A DNA stretch of 64,000 nucleotides from a virus. A model generated the notes under the pieces. The model searched no databases. It saw nothing but the letters and a program-made list of their open reading frames with translations, and was not told the DNA's origin. Numbering within the stretch: position 1 is the stretch's first letter; each line of letters starts with the position of its first letter. Below, piece after piece: positions 59,028 to 64,000 of the stretch. Position numbers and translations under genes: made by a program. The DNA lies in IMG/VR virus record IMGVR_UViG_3300035698_004085, positions 1 through 64,000 of that record. One strand, 5' to 3'.

Positions 59028-59710
59028 TGGATGATGCTAAAAAGCATGAAAGAGTTTTAGTAATTGGAGAAGATCTTATGTACGGGTTTGGAAAGACTCT
59101 TGAGGCTGCTTTTCCTTTTTCAAAAGTTTGGGAGAGTGAGCAAGATTTACAGTGGCTAGACTATTGTTTGGGGCAAGCTTGTTTTATGCCAAGAGGGTTG
59201 GTTGAGGAGAATCCTAAGTACAAACAGCTTATTCCTTATATCGTCGTAAAGTCTGGTAACAAGATTTTGTCTTATGAGCGTGCTGGGGCAGAAGAAAGAC
59301 TGTCTGGTAAAGTTTCTGTAGGAATTGGAGGTCATGTTAACCTTGAAGACTTTTTTGAAGGTAGAAGTCGGTTTGCTCCAGAAGGAAATCTGTACATTTT
59401 AGAGAATGCTGCGGATCGTGAAATTAATGAGGAGCTTGGACTTGACCAGCTTTCTAGATCTTCTCAACTTAGGTGTATGGCGGGACTTAGCAATCCTAGC
59501 GGAATTCTGTTTGTTGGTGATGGTGACATGGTTAATGCTGTACATCTTGGAGTAGTCTATCAAGTGAGTCTGGGCGCTGAGGTTGAGTCAGACTGGTTAG
59601 CAATTAGAGATGAAGGTATTAATACTGTTTGGAGAACTAAAGAAGAGTTGTTGGAAATTGATGATCGACTTGAAACTTGGTCTAGTGTAGTGGTGAGAGA
59701 ATGTCTTTAA
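59027..59710 (+). CDS. NUDIX-family phosphoesterase (COG4112-like)
   Basis: E.NP.YKQLIPY, E.RL..K.S.GIGGHVN, REINEE, VHLG and LETWS motifs; TAATG-coupled start. Confidence 0.8.
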   Translation: MDDAKKHERVLVIGEDLMYGFGKTLEAAFPFSKVWESEQDLQWLDYCLGQACFMPRGLVEENPKYKQLIPYIVVKSGNKILSYERAGAEERLSGKVSVGIGGHVNLEDFFEGRSRFAPEGNLYILENAADREINEELGLDQLSRSSQLRCMAGLSNPSGILFVGDGDMVNAVHLGVVYQVSLGAEVESDWLAIRDEGINTVWRTKEELLEIDDRLETWSSVVVRECL

Positions 59711-60465
59711 GAGGTGAGATTATAGGTTCTTGCGAGCTAGGCTGTATTGATGGTTTTGTTAAGGGGTTGCACCCTTGCGAGTGCATGAAGAAGTTTAGAG
59801 CGTATAACCGAATGGTTTCTACAGGTTTTAGCAAGGGCACTTTAGACCTTATCAACTCTGAGAATTATCAGGATCTTGTGTATGAGTCTGGTGAGGACTT
59901 TGTTAAATTCTATTTAGCTGATTTGTACATGACTGAGGAAAGGGGTTTGTCTTTATTTGTTTATTCTAGGGATAGAGGGCGCGGTAAAACTACCCTGGCT
60001 CATCAGATCATTTTTGAGGCTGTAAAGTTGTTTTCTGAGGACGAGAATTATAAGTCAACTCGTACTTATGCTTTTGAGCATGTGGATTCTTTCTTATCTA
60101 GTTTTTCAACTCAGAAGAAAAAGAATGAGGTTTCTCCATTATGGCAAAGTACTTGGTATGTTTTAGACGATTTAGGACATGAGGACCGAACGGCTAAGTG
60201 GAAAAAAGGAATTCTGTTAGATTCTATACAACGAATGCTGCATTATCGGAGAGACTTGGGATTGCCTACTATAATAACTTCAAATTACGCTCCAGGTGAC
60301 TTGTCGTCTCTCTATGAAAGAGAAGTTGATTCTCTGTTGGAAATACAAGTTGATGGAGTTCTTGGTGGTGAAAGATTTAGATCTGTTCATGTAGGTGGAG
60401 CAGAAGATTTTAGACTTCAAACGCAGAATAGCGCGTGGAGCGGGATGGAGAAAACTAATGATTAA
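59701..60465 (+). CDS. DnaC/IstB-like AAA+ helicase loader
   Basis: N-terminal Cys cluster, GRGKTT, VLDDLG, PTIITSN. Confidence 0.75.
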   Translation: MSLRGEIIGSCELGCIDGFVKGLHPCECMKKFRAYNRMVSTGFSKGTLDLINSENYQDLVYESGEDFVKFYLADLYMTEERGLSLFVYSRDRGRGKTTLAHQIIFEAVKLFSEDENYKSTRTYAFEHVDSFLSSFSTQKKKNEVSPLWQSTWYVLDDLGHEDRTAKWKKGILLDSIQRMLHYRRDLGLPTIITSNYAPGDLSSLYEREVDSLLEIQVDGVLGGERFRSVHVGGAEDFRLQTQNSAWSGMEKTND

Positions 60466-60823
60466 AGCTTATATTTGTCATCCATATGCTAATGACCCAA
60501 AGGGGAATATTGAAAAGGTTACAGAGATTGTAAAAGAGTTTGCAGCTCTGTCTATTGACCAGCTTAAGAATGGTACTATAACTAGCGCTGAGACTCATCT
60601 TAACCGAGAGTTTGTTGTCGTACCTATCGTTCCTTTATTTGCTTTTCCTCCGTTCATGAGTGAAGACGGCGATGTTGATAGAGAGATTGCTTTAGCATTT
60701 TGCCTAGCTCTTCTTGAAGGATGTGATGAAATTTGGGTATGCTCCAAAGACATTACTTCAGGAATGCAACTAGAGATTAGTAAAGCGGCTGAATGGGGCA
60801 TTAAAATAGTGTGGAAGTCTTAA
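60458..60823 (+). CDS. Nucleoside 2-deoxyribosyltransferase-like (DUF4406-type) protein
   Basis: YICHPY...N, LL..CDEIWV and S.GM..EI..A...GI motifs; ATG at 60458. Confidence 0.7.
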   Translation: MIKAYICHPYANDPKGNIEKVTEIVKEFAALSIDQLKNGTITSAETHLNREFVVVPIVPLFAFPPFMSEDGDVDREIALAFCLALLEGCDEIWVCSKDITSGMQLEISKAAEWGIKIVWKS

Positions 60824-62170
60824 ATGAATCTTAGCGTAAACGTAGAGGCTGAATTCTTAGCAGCCATTTTACAAGGGCACTCTTTAGATTCTGATCTTCT
60901 TTCAAAAGTAGATTTTGGATACTTTTCTGTGGATTCTTATAAATGGCTGGTTAAACAGCTCAAGGCTCGTAAATGGCAACCAATCGCTTATGACTACCTT
61001 GACCAGATTTTGATAGATAACGTTAAAGAGGCTGAGAAACAGACGTTATACAGACAACAAATATATGCGTTATACCAAAAAGAGATAACGTTTTTAAAAG
61101 ATGCTGAAATCAAATTTAAGGCTTTTACTGCTTATTCTTGCATTAAGTCAGCTATTAAGGACTCTTTTGAAGCTCACGAGAAGTCAGGTAGAACAGACTA
61201 TCTAGTAAAAGACATTATGGAGGCTACTAGAGAAGCTCATAGCTTAATTCACGAAGATGGCTTAAAGGTTATTGACTATGCTGAAGACTACGATTCTAGG
61301 ATGTCTAAAAGAGTGAGCGAGCGTGACAACCCTGATTTATCTCCAGTTGTCTTAACCGGGATTAAAGGACTTGACGATCAGTTTAAGATCAAGCCTGGGA
61401 TGATTGTTGACTTCTTAGCGCCTTTCAAGCGGTATAAGTCTATTATCCTAAATAATATGGGCTTTTCATCTTTGTTACAGGGGTTTAACGTTGTTCATGT
61501 TATTTATGAGAACACTATTGCTCTAACAACTGATAGGTATGACTCATTATTCTCAGAGCTTTCCTTCGATAGACTTGTTGGAATGTATTTGTCTCCAGAG
61601 GAGAAGAAAAGTCTAGATAGTCAAATGCATTGGATAGGAAAGTGGGACGCTCGATTAAAGGTTATCAAATGCACTGCTAATAAAACGAATTTAGAGCAAG
61701 TAGCTGAGAAGATAGAGAAGTTACAAGTTACTGACAACTTTGTTCCAAACGTTATTGTTCTTGACTATCTAAATCTTGTAGCTCCTGTCCTCCATTCTAT
61801 TAAAGAAGAGCGTTTAAGACAGGCAGCTGCTGCTTGGGACGCTAAAGCGCTAATAGACCATTTCAATGTTCCTATGTTCACGGCTACTCAAGCTAAAATG
61901 GAAGCTAATAAAGTTGACAGAATGGACAGTACCCACAGAGGAAAAGCCATTGATATTTCTCAAGCGGTGAACTTGTCTATTGCTCTTGATCAAACCAAAG
62001 AAGAGCGTGCTGAAGGTCGATTAGTGCTCAGTCCTCATATCTACCGTGAAGGAAAAATTGTAAATTCTGAAATAGTAGTGAACACTGCGTTAGAACGCAT
62101 GGCGATTTCAAGGAGCTATAAGCCCTTGTGGGACAGGGCATTTGAGAGGTACGGGTACCTAACTAATTAA
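60824..62170 (+). CDS. dnaB: Replicative DnaB-like helicase
   Basis: TGIKGLD, atypical Walker A APFKRYKS, YEN, VLDYLNL, TATQ. Confidence 0.75.
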   Translation: MNLSVNVEAEFLAAILQGHSLDSDLLSKVDFGYFSVDSYKWLVKQLKARKWQPIAYDYLDQILIDNVKEAEKQTLYRQQIYALYQKEITFLKDAEIKFKAFTAYSCIKSAIKDSFEAHEKSGRTDYLVKDIMEATREAHSLIHEDGLKVIDYAEDYDSRMSKRVSERDNPDLSPVVLTGIKGLDDQFKIKPGMIVDFLAPFKRYKSIILNNMGFSSLLQGFNVVHVIYENTIALTTDRYDSLFSELSFDRLVGMYLSPEEKKSLDSQMHWIGKWDARLKVIKCTANKTNLEQVAEKIEKLQVTDNFVPNVIVLDYLNLVAPVLHSIKEERLRQAAAAWDAKALIDHFNVPMFTATQAKMEANKVDRMDSTHRGKAIDISQAVNLSIALDQTKEERAEGRLVLSPHIYREGKIVNSEIVVNTALERMAISRSYKPLWDRAFERYGYLTN

Positions 62171-62175
62171 TTATC

Positions 62176-62204
62176 TTGACATTTTAGATTGTTTATGTTA
62201 TAAG
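62176..62204 (+). promoter_or_regulatory. Sigma70-type promoter (TTGACA-N17-TATAAG)
   Basis: Perfect -35 box, extended TG, near-consensus -10; only about 10 nt to the primase ATG, with no SD (possibly a near-leaderless mRNA). Confidence 0.55.
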
Positions 62205-62214
62205 TGTATGAATT

Positions 62215-63156
62215 ATGATTGAAAAGACGAGCTATATTTTGAGTAAGTTTCCTAACAAAGATCCCAACAGTAGAGGACAGATCCATACGACTTGCCCTTT
62301 CCATGACGATAATACGTCTTCATTTTCAATTAACGTAGAAGAAGGCGTGTTCATTTGTGGTTCTAGTCACTGCGGTATAAGAGGAGCTTTTCCCCTATTT
62401 TATAAATTAATGGAGAATATTGATTCTTGGGTTGAGGTTTTTGAGGATCTTAAGAGTAAAGACCCAAATTATGACCTTAATGAATTCTTTTCAGCTGATA
62501 AAGGACCACGAGTTAGCTCAATAATTATTAATCCTTTTCCAGAGCCTCCCGGTATAGAGCCTTTAGGCGATATTCAATTTCTGCAAGATAGAGGAATTAC
62601 TCCTGAAGTTTGTCAGCGTTATGGCTTAGTCTATGGTAGAGAAGGTCGGCATTCTGGAATTAGCATACGTTCTTCCATCGTTGCTCCTGTATGGGACGTT
62701 GACAGTGTTTATAAAACGTTCCAGGTTCGCTATTTAAGTCCTAATTCACCTACAAGATGGCTTAATCCTGTCGGTAGCCCTATTCAGGAGCTTTTATACG
62801 GAGGTCATGCTATAGACCCCTATGCAGAGTTCTTATGGGTTGTAGAGGGTGCTAGCGACGTTTGGAGAATGTCTACTTTTGGGGTGCAGTCTGTTGGTTT
62901 AAATACTAAAGAAGCTTCTCCTTCTCAGTTTAATAAGATTAAAAGCGTATGTGACACTTTTAAGTGTCAGCCTGTAATTTGCTTAGACGGAGATGCGGCT
63001 GTTGCACCTTCAGCTTATGAGATGAGCTGTAACGATATTTTGTACATTAATTTGGCTGCTTTTGGTTTTCAGCCGAAGATAGTAACTTTAAATTATAGTG
63101 AAGACCCTGGTTCACTTTCTTATGACAGATTTTTAGAGCTGCAGGAGACTTTGTAG
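62215..63156 (+). CDS. dnaG: DNA primase (CHC2 zinc finger + TOPRIM)
   Basis: CPFHDD..SF......F.C...C, L.DRGI, VVEG.SD, CLDGD, EDPG. Confidence 0.85.
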   Translation: MIEKTSYILSKFPNKDPNSRGQIHTTCPFHDDNTSSFSINVEEGVFICGSSHCGIRGAFPLFYKLMENIDSWVEVFEDLKSKDPNYDLNEFFSADKGPRVSSIIINPFPEPPGIEPLGDIQFLQDRGITPEVCQRYGLVYGREGRHSGISIRSSIVAPVWDVDSVYKTFQVRYLSPNSPTRWLNPVGSPIQELLYGGHAIDPYAEFLWVVEGASDVWRMSTFGVQSVGLNTKEASPSQFNKIKSVCDTFKCQPVICLDGDAAVAPSAYEMSCNDILYINLAAFGFQPKIVTLNYSEDPGSLSYDRFLELQETL

Positions 63157-64000
63157 ATGGCTTTGAACCTAAATGATTATTTGGAAACGATGATAACGAA
63201 GGTTATGCACAGCCCTAATGGGTCTGTGCTTGCTGGAAGCTTGCTTAAGTGGAAGCCTCTTATCTATTCAACTATTCTTAAGCTGATGAAAGTCACTAAG
63301 CGTACTCAAGAAGAAGCATTTCAGGATCTTATGGTTCCTTTAGCTAGGATTAGTTCTCTATATCCTGTTATTCTTTATCGCTATGACGGAAAGATTTATG
63401 AGGAAGTTGAAAGAGACGGAAAGCTTGTTAAACTCACTACTGTTCGTTATAACAAGCAAAAAACTGTAACAATTTGGGTTAGGGAAGAGAAGGTTGAAAG
63501 GGTAAAGAAGGCAAAGTTTAGTTCTTTAATCTATAACAAGATTCGTCAAGAAGCTTGCGTAATGAATAGGGCGCATTTTACTCAAAAGAATGGCTATGAA
63601 GTAACAAAGATCACAAAAACCAAAGTGAAGACAAACAGCACTAAAGGACCTAAGTCGAAAACGGTTGATTTTAAAGAGGTTCAAAAGTTCGCACGTATTT
63701 ATAGCTTGGGTGATTCTTGTGTCAGTACTAATGATTCTGAAGGTGATAGGACCTATGAAGACGTTATTGCTTCTGACTCTATTTCTCCTGAGGTGATAGC
63801 TGAGGGTTTTGACACTTTTACCAGCGTTTCTGAGGCTATTTCGCTTATTTCTAAAAAAGCATTAGCGTATATTTATGAAAAACCGGAAATTACAAGTAAA
63901 GAACTGAGGCAGAAGCTTAAGGTAACGAATAAGAAACTAGGGTTTATCCGTAGGGAGATAAAAGAGGCGACAGACAAGTATCAAGGGCTTACGAGAAAGT
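63157..64000 (+). CDS. Phage sigma70-family RNA polymerase sigma factor (3'-partial, not in ORF track)
   Basis: Translated by hand from ATG 63157: EEAFQDL (region 2.2), KFSSLIYNKIR (2.3/2.4), SLGD...EGDRTYEDVI (3.2), TSKELRQKLKVT (region 4 HTH); no stop before the window end. Confidence 0.6.
   Translation, partial: MALNLNDYLETMITKVMHSPNGSVLAGSLLKWKPLIYSTILKLMKVTKRTQEEAFQDLMVPLARISSLYPVILYRYDGKIYEEVERDGKLVKLTTVRYNKQKTVTIWVREEKVERVKKAKFSSLIYNKIRQEACVMNRAHFTQKNGYEVTKITKTKVKTNSTKGPKSKTVDFKEVQKFARIYSLGDSCVSTNDSEGDRTYEDVIASDSISPEVIAEGFDTFTSVSEAISLISKKALAYIYEKPEITSKELRQKLKVTNKKLGFIRREIKEATDKYQGLTRK

Noticed and set aside
759-60801. Minus-strand and nested alternative-frame ORFs in the track (e.g. 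10053-10664, 27270-27653, 49406-49645, 49411-49800)
   Set aside because: They lie wholly within well-supported + strand genes, mirror low-complexity sequence, and show no recognisable motifs.
1-64000. Active stop-codon reassignment (code 4, 15 or 25)
   Set aside because: Long genes are intact in code 11; TAG and TAA fall at sensible gene ends followed by new starts; no gene needs TGA or TAG readthrough.
1-64000. tRNA, rRNA, integrase or terminase genes
   Set aside because: None recognised; intergenic gaps are short (about 150 nt or less) and show no cloverleaf. A covariance-model scan was not possible.

Overview
The window is a 64 kb segment of a large, AT-rich (roughly 40% GC by eye) contractile-tailed dsDNA bacteriophage (myovirus). 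All credible genes are on the + strand. Positions 1-49255 are the virion module: LamG lectin protein, portal with three related inteins, MuF-like protein, prohead protease, scaffold, decoration protein, HK97-fold major capsid, membrane/lysis-like genes, neck, sheath, two tube paralogs, a frameshifted tail chaperone, two tape-measure paralogs, baseplate, an inserted zinc-finger-array HNH nuclease and a beta-helix tail fibre. Positions 49338-64000 are an early/replication module behind sigma70-type promoters: Asp-Thr-repeat lipoprotein, 5'-3' exonuclease fused to a degenerate UDG domain, ThyX-like, intein-containing SNF2 helicase, NUDIX, helicase loader, DnaB, primase and a phage sigma factor. 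Main observations: (1) none of 57 genes ends in TGA and TGA is not used as a sense codon; (2) an IscB-type PLMP/RRXRR domain without nuclease sits behind a structured RNA leader right after the capsid gene; (3) a five-copy phage-specific promoter TTTAAA-N3/4-CCNAC-N11/12-TANANT; (4) three paralogous Tyr-Asn-ending inteins in one portal; (5) duplicated tube and tape-measure genes. All family assignments come from motif recognition and gene order, not from database searches.
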